IMG/VR virus record: IMGVR_UViG_3300043137_000366
Source: a virus
Direction: 5' to 3' (one strand)
DNA length: 58,860 nucleotides
Notes under the pieces: model-generated
What the model was told of the DNA's origin: nothing
Databases searched by the model: none
Seen by the model: the letters and a program-made list of their open reading frames with translations, nothing else
In this document: one piece after another, positions 25,501 to 32,141 of the stretch
How positions within the stretch are numbered: the first letter of the stretch is position 1
How the letters are laid out: each line of letters begins with the position of its first letter
Program-made: the position numbers and the translations under genes

Positions 25501-28123
25501 CGAAATCACCAGCGGCCAAGTCTCGCTTTCTCTCGCCAAGGAGAAGGTGATGAAAGACGCCATCGCCAAGCTCACCCAAGCGGAGAAGCTGGCCGTGGCT
25601 GCCATCCAGAAAGGTGGGGCACTGGCCGACATCCGCAAGCTCACCGGACTGAGCGATGCGAAGATTCAAGAACTCAACGCCCGCATCCGCCGCGAGCTTC
25701 GCGACAAGATCAAGGCCAAGGTGCAGGCCGGAATGAAGCTCGAAGACCTCAAGGGTAAGCTCGACGGGCTCCGTGCCGCCTCCATGCTTTCCGATGAGGA
25801 TGTGGAGGCTGAAATCGAGCGTATCCTGGCGGTTGGCTTTGGCATGCCCGCCGAAGTGCCGACGGTTAGAAAGTCGGTGAAGCGTGCCAAACCCAAGACC
25901 GTCGCTCCGATTGACGCCAACTGGTCCCGCCCCGAGTTCACCGACGGGCTCGCCTCTTACACCTTCAACGACACCGACCGAGCGGAGATCATGCGCAAGG
26001 TCGCGACGCTCCGGGATCTGGCCGGCGTGGAGGGCAAGGTTGCCACACTCACCGGCGACAAGAAGGCCAAGGGCGTGCGCCTGATCGCCGAGATCAACAG
26101 CATCCTCTCGAAATACGACACGTCGGTGGAAACGATCCTCCGCGAAGGCAAGGACATTGCCGACTATCGATTCGACATCAGCGACCGCAACCACGTTATG
26201 GTCGTTGCCCGCACGATCAATGCCATCGATGCTGACCTCCTCGACAAGGGCTCAGAGTATTACTACGCCAGCATCCTTTCCGGCCTTCAGACGATGATGG
26301 TTAACGCCTCCACGATCATCCCGAGCGTGTTGGACATGACGATTGGCCGTGGCTTCGAGATGGCGACCAACCTGCTTTTCCGCGACCCGATGGCCGCCAG
26401 CCTTGGCGAGATCAAATACATCCTGAAAGCCGCTGGTCCGTTCATGGCTCGCGCCTGGACGAACGCCGCTGCCGCCTGGGGAACGGAAATGCCGTTCTTC
26501 GAGGAGGACGTGCTTGGAAAGGCTCCCGACCTCGACGCCATCTTTGAAAGCCGCGGCATCTACCGCACCGGTTCGATTGGTGGCAACCTCGGGCGCATCA
26601 TCCGCACTCCCACCCGCCTGCTTCTCGCCACCGACGAGTTTGTCCGGACCGCGAACGCCTGCATGGAAGTCGGCGCAATGGCCTACCGCCTCGCTCGCCG
26701 CGAAGGTTTGACACCCGGCACGCCGAAGTTCGACACCTTCCTAAAACAACAGGTGAATCTCCCCGGTTCGCCCGCGTGGCAGCTCGCTGCAAAGAAAGCA
26801 GCCGACCGGATCTTTGCCGCTCCGCTGCCGGGTCAGACCGACATCACCACTGGGAAGGCAGTGCCGATCCGTGACATCGGCGACGTGGTTGGCGCGGGCG
26901 CGGCCCAGATGGGTAAATTCCTCAACCAGAAGACCGACAGCCTTGCAGCCAAGTCGACCCTCCTTGCGCTTCGCCTCCTCTTCTTCCCGTTCCAGAAGGT
27001 GCCTTTCAACATCGTGCGTCAGGCCGCCCGCCGGACGCTGAACCCGATCAGCCTCGTGGACATCGGCGTGCTCATCGGTCGCAACCTCCGCGTGATCGAC
27101 GGCAAATGGACGCTCAACGCCAAGGGTGGAAAAGCGGAGATCGCCGAACGACTCGCACAGCAGGCACAAGGCGCACTCCTCGTCATGCTGCTCGCTGCCT
27201 CCGGCGCGGGCGAGGGTGACGATGACGACTTGGACAAGCCGATCCTCATCACCGGATCCCGCCCGTATGGCGAGACAAAGAAGGGCGACCGCGAGCTTGG
27301 CTACCGCCTCGGGCTCGGCCCCTACGAAATTTCGATGAAGATGCCTGGCGGAAAGCGCGTGGGATTCTCCTACGGACGCCTTGAGCCCGCCGCCACCGTC
27401 CTGGGTGCCACGGTCGACACCATGCGCGAACTCGCCATGTATCGCCAAGGCAAGCAGTCGCTTGGCGAGGCTGGCGGCAAGATCATTGGCGCTCTTCGCT
27501 CGCAACTCACCGAAAAGACGTTCCTGCGCGGCTTCTCCGACGCGCAGCAGATCGCCTCCGGCGACTCCGATCTCTCTCGCTTCACTGCCGAACGGTTGGC
27601 CGTCGTCATCCCGAACATCATCCGCCAGCCGCTTCGCGAGGCCGACCCGTATTTCCGCGAGCGCAAGGATGGCTTCGTTGATAACCTCTCCGCCGCGCTC
27701 TGGCCTTACGGCCAAGGCGAAATCAAGCGCGACCTTTACGGCGACCCGCTGGAGAAGAAAGGCAACTCAGCGTCCCGCATCATCGACTTCACCGACTTTG
27801 GCGGGGATCAGGCGCAACCGCTCGATGAAATGCTCTGGCGCTATCGCCAGACGCATCCAAGCGACGCCTACGCCCCGCAGTCGCCGACCGCCAACTACAC
27901 CGACCCGGTCACGAAAAAGCCCGCGACGATGACCCCGGCGCAGTTGGCGAAATACAAGGAAATCTCCGGTCAAAAGATTCTGGCGTTGACGAAACGCGAG
28001 AGCTTCAACCTCAAGAACCCGACTGAATCCGACATCAAGCGTTTCAAGGCCGTCGTCGACGATGGCCGCGAGTTCGCTCGCCTCATGCTCTTCAAATCCC
28101 CCGCCTGGCGGAACCTCAAGTAA
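13535..28123 (+). CDS. Giant polyvalent protein (4,862 aa): C5-MTase-like + SNF2 ATPase + N6-MTase + long uncharacterised regions
   Basis: One uninterrupted ORF. C5-MTase motifs: SLFDSSG, PPCTDFS, ENP. SNF2 motifs: GTGTGKT, DEAH, SEGRIFRHG. N6-MTase motifs: EPSGGHG, NPPF. Ends 3 nt before the portal gene. Confidence 0.9.
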   Translation: MPNGPFRQMDQGVFRRGVSEQAVGADPSPESGTVSPLTRPPAWKSLAGNSHFQRLNEEGIRAEQTRVRQSQQDSPRASSTRQPKWKSGIGILQREFPDGSVEDHDPETLLDDPEVGQMAAQSLYLRDVKAAQDDEAATRLRLDDPNDQRKLADKKREEILSMGSGLAETDPEHQRLKKQLVDHDARIQEEQDLYQKRVRLQQIKQGGVSGWLQQRQQAKPIEQKAQEASQQAQANTARIIAAEESAALEEEQLSQQAQQGVRGNDLPAFQQRQQELAAAKTQIAQQKAQPDAQLQQVATEAAGKAEVMDGKPKLPKAESLAAALQSAKLYGSATAAMGNSSDQGIRRGANGNWDLPLMMQQQDNPIINVIGNLAVTGGQKLGARLESGGVQKDAIQSVFHKFQQDNNLSDEEVATAWSDLGAQSRKWDTEEKTRVLSDGRILLNPLSSYILDTKQAEAVIDESSATPEQKAYAKTTIQGVQNNVAAGKLEAYEAAAQMLNSKEGQSTLSVGIGSGGGRSGLKSPSEWASETGRKDTITAKFIADYEREVIDKQSGPTKWARGIATDWMMGNLQNANMVLGLGGMAGSETMAEMAAQGAEASNLIGQGKADTGITGQIVQQVPQMAAQIVTGRLLGGAAAITGKAAPTIANIGTVSMAGAQSAGMTYAQQRAAGDTHEVAFDKAYKSGVSTAVITGIMQKMGAGGVEKVAAGRSVADVTVRDLLKSATKKELLENTRRFAADVIKASGGEFTEEFADQLAQSFLTADPDTNLANAWEEAVQAGTVGGIMGGGTKVLEASFDNHPQTPDAQAARVTAETLKTDPTAAPVTPEEIRASQDVVGDYLTPGETPDEAAARVADGVKIHREISQFEEQAASAVSDALAALDEATATGDKVAIEAAKQNLDKASAEATKPPRARAVAKIARGESLDLLTHTELQSLGIQRTGKPSDAKTLEAQGLTAPLVDIGPDGRPILLDEAIKQAGTVSPTAAARVKQTETEARKAAAVRASKPWTVTGAAGTSVKVQAKTREEAERMAVGMPQWKLGETVKTAIEGANSQSTPNSSQVSSLEPVVVNETPVAEQQAPLPVTDAPQATDPATLKRKITKAIAERKKGTTIPIDIHDGLHATATEKGVRINPSRLADIAAKAGFSEDQAGEWVASVIDEEIRHVAHLRAARAVFEQAGSPGGNFDAWLISHYGQMWQGEFSAEQKSGIEALYGTGFENLKPHEKAMEGLRMLSQQIATGSPTESARLWKKLSQSIRDHITAALASLKAMTTSLSPVLKAEVDALEAFLSQYATQPPATPNRSEKPAPVKAPVRDGEAGKPSRKTDGDGGAVVGGRADLPSIGDRVRTASGVEGVYVAISDNKEQALIKTDAGNKLVPVGEVEVLRAPVDEASDAPKAEATAAIEREVPKDDNAPLELGIYTIDGVRFEWKQNSAGYRSINAVDPGFFPVSTTGYRSVMSGFNKDAQLTVSEYRKIAKESEKSVKEQFIREKKAILSALKSGRLEWISGLRQKFDFNKFKDAEITRWPVKLRDEMLSLTKQFLDAIDNGTIKPDGENKAFAAELKKAFTALMGTMAPAESAESAYEKAIRQSEEDRKAREDWMNSIARENTIEAISRRDDVPADRVDDFKLELPKGYKRRGKEYVWVGEDAIDREQQQASLTTLPTRTLSFDEALEELAPGTDLADDPLPYYDSIEHDIWNGVDPESQKKTPIFKNDQLQGISNPQWMTPEEAEAKLAEWKAQAKADGANKDNQNSGKYVVSLFDSSGVWSQPWVDAGYTVIRFDLDEDSDSWKEDVQNLTREFMEDNGLDMVDIVLAQPPCTDFSLAGNRWFHDPAKAEQKKASLEKNTRLVDHTLDLIGYLRPLIWGLENPIGTIKKHTKVAEPRLVFDPFMYGADYTKRTQIFGTFNEQLPEAMVYPAQGSRIHKLSGSTKAGKTARSLTPEQFAYAFYMANRDYGQWSAKRAIAQEDAPDPVKQRDLFSPGNPESTSAKEISEAEVRTARVQSAIAEIEADIQSGTIPDTVRSFSELADYVDANEYVNDANREDRLIGPLGKRLGWKAQDFTEFTNIIIRDVDSWLASRSPAQPETSAPAISETTPKKKQKPRTIDTPARREAYRILDATDSRLASIAKIVGQRIEAPPAGMLRIIKNRSKSGRITENQRALLEKWKGFDAYMPKSAFGDDFNGKVAKEIHGMLFSQDRTNTKVDDWAKQLGDVTNDEAMILVMNELNQIARGQADKALNPNREWSEAEIAAEQGKLATPTQTAAFKDANEYDFGRNEVEVADLKVGDVVTIDREPMTVEAVEDDGTVILQDGSRFGRQVLESGETLYVEASEAIIEPEQIEAEAEWLVDASEEMGYESIDEHAATDPAGFEQIASEAEALGQGDSSTGVAGSSQKDSGEATGGEVAAEPVYFYVKGDRAEYTGEVRQVAGVPFHIGILREGARIGQEVGTYTPPGGTNPLQDQSAKDYRDQQEQFKRLKTPASKMDIRNADSKELFADDGGFKLGQDTTVDGDKVAADRKAKEDAKAAQDAAQGDMFGAPALTEAEQALKDAFGDMVDGLNAADLSDSAPTYSQGIPPEKIGQFIAAAQKLIAEGVKTPNGLAAALDKISPKLRAYSDAVWSAFRMVDPSLQASPDWAGVYSKINEPTSNDGNPGTPLESDRGNTVAGNPGGESGVSTGSAADRGDGGRVGEAGSGSRDGRSNRVQPDNVLADAGGAQRDSGVRESASESGQRLAGNESTRGSGRPDANGVEAFQRGENDTHDGLVIANSPEPVASSGVEGIRDAADIRKSAPALTIDQAGDVAFIEKRLLESGKTGVLLTNGTGTGKTFSGLGAIKRALDRGEKHIIIVAPSDKIGSDWAAAAKKHFGIQDIAQLNDTKDRGDGNRVVVTTYANFGQNNELVSRPWGMVVTDEAHYLSSSKDGSPTLALATLRGLTWHPTEGVRSRLAMEMADEFAEIAAIRASIDSNSRIINGSDTMDQVRQALQEENRTLDRRYGVLDLKINTRREELSKIAAGMKESDRPKALFLSATPFAYHFSLDYAESYLFDHPKENEKTVGGYNHASSRSKFFMENFGYRMRYGKLTQPENATAAGMLERMFSERLKKEGAMRGRALDVPFDYSREFVLTESAIGAKVDEVFNLISNEDKFRVLRDTDAMEIGDYLARRYLLEGIKAREAVSRIKKHQALGRKVVIFHDYKKGGAINPLRLKSFSPEAKLAYDELRDMVPGFDSLVKLLDGLRSPIDVIASAFPDAGIFNGDVSAKNRRKIVEDFNTSGGKMDIVLVQRASGKEGISLHDIDGKHQRVFMDLGIPGRPTDAIQSEGRIFRHGVKSNAVLEYLTTGTDFERWTFAQTIANRASTAENLAMGEKARALLQAFSTGYNDAQPSTPSAEQGSGGKRADRARDNGNPFDNAVALYYTNEKKTNRTKAAEGIDYFATPEPLGFKMVEWANVRPGEKILEPSGGHGAIARFFPDSTIRHAVEPSFELAGRLALNSPDTKIHQTTFENYDIVNKFDAIVMNPPFGTAGKTAMDHLEKAFRHLKDGGRIVALIPNGSSMGKRFDKWYEETEGVFMAGEVMLPSVTFERAGTSVSARVVILDKVKADDARQPAYRDFTDAGNIKDLFAKLKDSTIPERPTPSVQKSPSEMMAELINGGRGAVLPVATENAGDFSPMEFTHTRDGHQVFVAKINRKLDDVEYSAAKAMARRYNGNYSSFRGAGAIPGFHFKSADDRDGFIGTMSERGQSLQAADLSDNETLPNIADLREKGRATMAGPEVEAEIRAQQAAFKQQGKVAGRPDLANISEDEDVRAEMDVTDEMRKWVAERQEKQQWENEGRRLVETDADAVEEKILEAAYTRGGQKFTAADVVAGRILAEKRTKEAGNDKQKHADAAVLRHGYREVRSEQARVLAAGTDPFKTPEERHRDFIAGALYELPQSLLNDIEGRSQSPAQARAAIRKAVIERLTKIEKALKKMGVTLDEITSGQVSLSLAKEKVMKDAIAKLTQAEKLAVAAIQKGGALADIRKLTGLSDAKIQELNARIRRELRDKIKAKVQAGMKLEDLKGKLDGLRAASMLSDEDVEAEIERILAVGFGMPAEVPTVRKSVKRAKPKTVAPIDANWSRPEFTDGLASYTFNDTDRAEIMRKVATLRDLAGVEGKVATLTGDKKAKGVRLIAEINSILSKYDTSVETILREGKDIADYRFDISDRNHVMVVARTINAIDADLLDKGSEYYYASILSGLQTMMVNASTIIPSVLDMTIGRGFEMATNLLFRDPMAASLGEIKYILKAAGPFMARAWTNAAAAWGTEMPFFEEDVLGKAPDLDAIFESRGIYRTGSIGGNLGRIIRTPTRLLLATDEFVRTANACMEVGAMAYRLARREGLTPGTPKFDTFLKQQVNLPGSPAWQLAAKKAADRIFAAPLPGQTDITTGKAVPIRDIGDVVGAGAAQMGKFLNQKTDSLAAKSTLLALRLLFFPFQKVPFNIVRQAARRTLNPISLVDIGVLIGRNLRVIDGKWTLNAKGGKAEIAERLAQQAQGALLVMLLAASGAGEGDDDDLDKPILITGSRPYGETKKGDRELGYRLGLGPYEISMKMPGGKRVGFSYGRLEPAATVLGATVDTMRELAMYRQGKQSLGEAGGKIIGALRSQLTEKTFLRGFSDAQQIASGDSDLSRFTAERLAVVIPNIIRQPLREADPYFRERKDGFVDNLSAALWPYGQGEIKRDLYGDPLEKKGNSASRIIDFTDFGGDQAQPLDEMLWRYRQTHPSDAYAPQSPTANYTDPVTKKPATMTPAQLAKYKEISGQKILALTKRESFNLKNPTESDIKRFKAVVDDGREFARLMLFKSPAWRNLK
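27984..28000 (+). promoter_or_regulatory. Dispersed motif copy CGTTGACGAAACGCGAG (intragenic)
   Basis: Lies within the last 140 nt of the giant ORF and 127 nt upstream of the portal ATG. Confidence 0.6.
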
Positions 28124-28126
28124 CCA

Positions 28127-30316
28127 ATGAACGAACAACTCGAACGTGTGATCGACCAGCCCGAGATCGGGATTGACCAGATCGACCCCTACGGCCCACG
28201 CATGCCGTTTCCGACCTCCTACGTGCTCACCCGCGAGCAGGAGGATGAATTGGTCGACCATGCGATGAAGCGCCTGGAGCAACTGGAGGACGAAACCGGG
28301 CGGAAGCGCACCGGGAAAGGCGACTGGTGGATGATGGGAGATCAGGGCATCGAGAGCAACGACCCGCTCAACACCAAGCGGGCATCGCGCACGTTCTTTG
28401 GCAAGCGTCGCCTCTACGACCTCGTCTATGACAACGACGTCGATCACCGCGCCGTCATCCTCGGTGGCATCTTTGCGGAGTCGAATCTTGTCGTGCCGTT
28501 GGCCCGCCGGATCGCCCGCCAGATGACTGCCCGCGCCACCAACTACTTTTTCAGCACCGACCCATGGTTCGCCGTTTATCCAGTCGGCGAGAACGATCGC
28601 GTGCGTGCCGACAAGGCTGGCCGATACACCCGCTGGAAGATGGAGCAGGCGCACATGAAGCGTGCCCTGGAGCTCGGCATCGAGCGGGCGTTTGTCGTCG
28701 GCGAGTCGGTCATCAAGACCTCCTGGAAATCTGACCAACAGGTTTACGTAACGCGAGCGACCGTCCTGGTGGATGCGCAAGGCAAGGACATCATCGCTGC
28801 CGATGGCGACTACATCCTGCCGACCGATCTCTGGATCCTGCCAATGGTGACGGACCCGGTGACGGGCGAGCCGGTGCAAGACCAGATCGCCGTGCTGAAG
28901 CGTGACGGACAGACCCAGCAGCCGGCGGAAATGCTTTGGGCGCCGAAGCTCGTCACCCGCCGCATCACCCACTACAACGGACCCGAGGCCAAAGTGGTTC
29001 ACTTCCTCGACTTCCTTTGCCCTCTAGAGGCTGCGAGCATCCAAGAGGCCGACTGTGTGTGCCACCTCTACGACATGCCAGTCATGGATCTGGCGGACCA
29101 GTGGAAGAAGCAAGAGGAGGGCATGGCCGCTGAGGAGGGGATGGAAAGCACCCGCAAGGCGATCAACTTGATTCGTGAGCTTTCCAACGCTACCGGCGAG
29201 CCCAAGAACGCCCAGACCGCCTACGACCCAAGCACGACCGGCGCGGACTCCCGTCAGGACCGCACCGACCCGGTGGTTTCCATCGTGGAGTTCCACCTTC
29301 GCTATGATGCCGACGGTGATGGCATGCTCGAAGACGTGATGCTGGTGGTCGACCGGAACAGCCGCACCCCGATCTTCTACGACTACGAGGCCAACGTCAC
29401 CCCCGACGGCAAGCGCCCGTTCTCGGTGGTGCGTGTCAACGAGCGCCCAGGCCGCTGGTATGGCATCGGTGCCTTGGAAATGTTCGAGACGACCCAGCAA
29501 ATCGTCGACCTCACGGTGAACCGCTGGAACTTCAGCCAGTCGCGCGCGTCCCGGGTCGATTTCTGGAGCCCGCACAACACGCTGGAAGGCCGCTCGAACC
29601 CGCACCTCACGCTCAACGGCGGGATGACCTACACCCCGCTTGGCAACAAGAAGGCGGCGGACTGCTTGGAGTCGGTCTATCTGAGCAACAACAAGGACGT
29701 CGAGCTCAAGGAGATGATCGACTTCTTCATGCAGCTCGCCATGAACGAATCCGGCGTGATGAACGCCAATGACACTGGCGCGGCCGGACTCGACACAGCG
29801 AAGCTGGCGACCGGCATCCGCAACATCGAGAAGAACGGACAAGAGATGTTCTCGCTCTACCTCGGCCACTTGGAGCCAGGGATTGCGAACGCACTTCAGA
29901 AGATGGTCATGCTGCTTTTCGCCAACATGGACCAGATGGAGGTCTATCGCTACTTCGAGGAGGGCGAGCCCGGAGGCGAAGGAGCGGAGGGCATGCAGGC
30001 GATCGACCCGGGCGAAATCTCCGACATGGAGATCGACACTCAGATCCTTCTCTCCCGCTACCGCGGTGAGCAGGTGTTGGAGGGATCGATGCGAGCGGCT
30101 GAGTTGGTGGAAAAATTCTACAACCTCCCCTACCCCGTCCAAATGACGACCGCGCAACTTTACCGCGACATGCTGAAAGCCCTTCAGGTGCAGAACGCGG
30201 ACAAGATCATCGTGCCAATCGACCTCGGCGGCATGGGCGGAGGCCCCGGCCAGCAACCGGGTGCATTGTCTGCCGCCGTCGCTCCGAAACCACGTCAAGC
30301 CACTCCAAACCTGTGA
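28127..30316 (+). CDS. Portal protein, putative
   Basis: 729 aa. Called from its size and its position upstream of scaffold and capsid. No motif-level proof. Confidence 0.6.
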   Translation: MNEQLERVIDQPEIGIDQIDPYGPRMPFPTSYVLTREQEDELVDHAMKRLEQLEDETGRKRTGKGDWWMMGDQGIESNDPLNTKRASRTFFGKRRLYDLVYDNDVDHRAVILGGIFAESNLVVPLARRIARQMTARATNYFFSTDPWFAVYPVGENDRVRADKAGRYTRWKMEQAHMKRALELGIERAFVVGESVIKTSWKSDQQVYVTRATVLVDAQGKDIIAADGDYILPTDLWILPMVTDPVTGEPVQDQIAVLKRDGQTQQPAEMLWAPKLVTRRITHYNGPEAKVVHFLDFLCPLEAASIQEADCVCHLYDMPVMDLADQWKKQEEGMAAEEGMESTRKAINLIRELSNATGEPKNAQTAYDPSTTGADSRQDRTDPVVSIVEFHLRYDADGDGMLEDVMLVVDRNSRTPIFYDYEANVTPDGKRPFSVVRVNERPGRWYGIGALEMFETTQQIVDLTVNRWNFSQSRASRVDFWSPHNTLEGRSNPHLTLNGGMTYTPLGNKKAADCLESVYLSNNKDVELKEMIDFFMQLAMNESGVMNANDTGAAGLDTAKLATGIRNIEKNGQEMFSLYLGHLEPGIANALQKMVMLLFANMDQMEVYRYFEEGEPGGEGAEGMQAIDPGEISDMEIDTQILLSRYRGEQVLEGSMRAAELVEKFYNLPYPVQMTTAQLYRDMLKALQVQNADKIIVPIDLGGMGGGPGQQPGALSAAVAPKPRQATPNL
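28743..28757 (+). promoter_or_regulatory. Dispersed motif copy TTTACGTAACGCGAG (intragenic)
   Basis: Lies within the portal coding sequence (encodes VYVTRA). Confidence 0.5.
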
Positions 30317-30618
30317 ACCCACATCAGCAAAACATTGAGGCCGGGAAGTTCGCCTTTGAGGCCATCAGCAAGCTCCGCGAGCTGGTGAAGGATCAGAACT
30401 TTCAATACTTCATGGGCCGACTTGGCCAGCGGGCGGACCTCATGGCCGACGCCATCCTGCACGACGAATCGTTGTCACCGGAGGAACGCGAGAAGACCCG
30501 CCAGAAGCGCCTCGAACTACTGGAAATTATGGCGTATCCCGAGGAGCAGATCACCACCCAGGAGCGCATCATCAAGGCCATCAAGGGTGATGCACACGGG
30601 ACGGATTTGCCGGACTAA
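30313..30618 (+). CDS. Hypothetical protein
   Basis: GTG start overlaps the portal stop (GTGA). 101 aa. Confidence 0.5.
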   Translation: MNPHQQNIEAGKFAFEAISKLRELVKDQNFQYFMGRLGQRADLMADAILHDESLSPEEREKTRQKRLELLEIMAYPEEQITTQERIIKAIKGDAHGTDLPD

Positions 30619-30989
30619 CTCTGCGTCCCGAAAATCTCATAGACCGGGTATTCATCCAGCCACTCGTCAGGGACAAGTGGTGCCTGATTCGTGTCTTGGA
30701 AGGCGATAATAGTGCCGTCCAAGACATACATCAGGAATTGGCCGTTGGGGTTCACCAGGACGCCGTCATCAGCCACTGACCAACGGTTGATGCGAAGCAA
30801 GAATGTCGCGGAGTCAAGCAGGCCACTCAGCACCCCGAGCACTTCGATGCGGGCGCGCCCAACGCCTTCAAGGTTGGCAAGCAGCACTTGTGGCCGCCCC
30901 GACACAAAGGCAGACTCCAGGCTTTCCGCTCTTGTCTTGAGCGACTTTGAATCGCTCCCCATTCCTCGGTTGATTGACTTCAGGGCCAT
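30615..30989 (-). CDS. Hypothetical protein, reverse-oriented inside the late operon (moron-like)
   Basis: 124-aa ORF with ordinary protein composition. The overlapping + frame (30691-31053) has junk-like composition. Confidence 0.55.
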   Translation of the reverse strand: MALKSINRGMGSDSKSLKTRAESLESAFVSGRPQVLLANLEGVGRARIEVLGVLSGLLDSATFLLRINRWSVADDGVLVNPNGQFLMYVLDGTIIAFQDTNQAPLVPDEWLDEYPVYEIFGTQS

Positions 30990-30990
30990 A

Positions 30991-31009
30991 GATGCACCTT
31001 TATTGCATC
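30991..31009. promoter_or_regulatory. Palindrome GATGCA-N7-TGCATC (operator candidate)
   Basis: Perfect 6-bp arms, 2 nt upstream of the ATG of the reverse gene. A third ATGCA box follows at about 31026. Confidence 0.5.
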
Positions 31010-31035
31010 AGCACCCTATTGACAAATGCAATCCG

Positions 31036-31052
31036 TTCGCGTTTTGTCGACG
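31036..31052 (-). promoter_or_regulatory. Dispersed motif copy CGTCGACAAAACGCGAA
   Basis: Oriented with the reverse-strand gene 30615..30989, about 47 nt upstream of its ATG. Confidence 0.65.
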
Positions 31053-31053
31053 C

Positions 31054-32061
31054 ATGGCAGACGAGCATCAGGCGCAAGCCGATCCCCAAGTCGAATCGAC
31101 GGTCGCTACTTCCATCCCGGAACAGGCGAATGACCCCAACTTAGGGGCGACCAACGTGGCGGACTACCACGCGATGATCGCAAGGCTGGCACAAGGCGAA
31201 GAGCCTGCTGTCAACCCGACCGACTCAGAAGCGGAACAGGACGCACCGAATGGAGAGGAAGAGGTGCCTACCGAGGCGGTCGAAGAGGCCGCGCAGGAGG
31301 AACCCGAAGAACCGACCGACGAGGACGGACAGGAAGCGCCCGAGCAATCGAAGCGTTACCGGTTCAAAGACCCTGATGACGTCGCCATCGCTGCCATCGC
31401 CAAGGCCAACGGGATTTCCCTTTTGGAAGCGGCCAAGCAGTTCGAGGCCACGAAGCCAGCCAAAGCGGAAGTGTCTGAGGAGGAGGCCCCGTCCCGGACG
31501 TCTGATGGCATTACTGAAGAGCTCTTGAGCCTTCAGGAAGAGCTTGATGGCGCATTCCGAAACATTGAACTCGATAAGGTTGCGGATCTCAATAAGCAGA
31601 TTTTCAAGCTGATGGATGAGCGCGAGGCTCTCCGTGTTCAAGAACGGGAACAGGCCAGCACGCGGAAGAACAAGGCGCAAGCCGACTTCGACCAAGCGTA
31701 TGACGCCAGCCTCCAACAGGCATGCGGATTCTACCCGGACTTGCTCGACCCGAACTCGGCCTTGTCGAAAGAGGTTTACAGCCTCGATCAGAGGGCAATG
31801 AGCCTCGGTGATCCCCTTTTCAACTCTCCAGACAAACCTCTCACCATCGCCAAAAAGGCGGCGCTAAAACTCGGCATTCTCATGGCCGATCCAGCCGACC
31901 CCAAGACAGCGGTGAAGAAGGCCCACGTTAGTCGCCCCGTCACACCCGCAAGCGGAAACGCTCGCACAACCCCCGCCGCGCCAGCACCGAAGCTGGATGC
32001 GCAGCTTGGGAAGGTGAAATCGGTGGCCGACTACGAGCGGCTTATCGGTGCCAACTTCTAA
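31054..32061 (+). CDS. Scaffolding protein, putative
   Basis: ATG at 31054 (MADEHQAQ...). Acidic, helical and coiled-coil-like, and located between portal and capsid. Confidence 0.55.
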   Translation: MADEHQAQADPQVESTVATSIPEQANDPNLGATNVADYHAMIARLAQGEEPAVNPTDSEAEQDAPNGEEEVPTEAVEEAAQEEPEEPTDEDGQEAPEQSKRYRFKDPDDVAIAAIAKANGISLLEAAKQFEATKPAKAEVSEEEAPSRTSDGITEELLSLQEELDGAFRNIELDKVADLNKQIFKLMDEREALRVQEREQASTRKNKAQADFDQAYDASLQQACGFYPDLLDPNSALSKEVYSLDQRAMSLGDPLFNSPDKPLTIAKKAALKLGILMADPADPKTAVKKAHVSRPVTPASGNARTTPAAPAPKLDAQLGKVKSVADYERLIGANF

Positions 32062-32103
32062 GGCAGCGTTCCATCTCCGGCCCTGGGTATCCGTGGCGGT
32101 TTT

Positions 32104-32120
32104 CGTTGACGTAACACGAA
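32104..32120 (+). promoter_or_regulatory. Dispersed motif copy CGTTGACGTAACACGAA
   Basis: Lies 22 nt upstream of the capsid ATG at 32142. Confidence 0.8.
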
Positions 32121-32141
32121 CACCACCAACCACCCGCCAAT

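Noticed and set aside
29290-29310. DADGDG in the portal protein as a possible RNA-polymerase DxDGD catalytic motif
   Set aside because: It is a single short acidic motif in a protein whose size and position fit a portal. No other polymerase motifs were found, so it is most likely a chance or metal-binding loop. No RNAP-like motifs were recognised in the giant ORF either.
32104-32120. Reading the dispersed motif as a plain sigma70 -35 box (TTGACG)
   Set aside because: No consistent -10 hexamer lies 16-18 nt downstream. Several copies lie 2-8 nt from, or even inside, the downstream coding sequence. A role as a non-canonical promoter cannot be excluded without TSS data.
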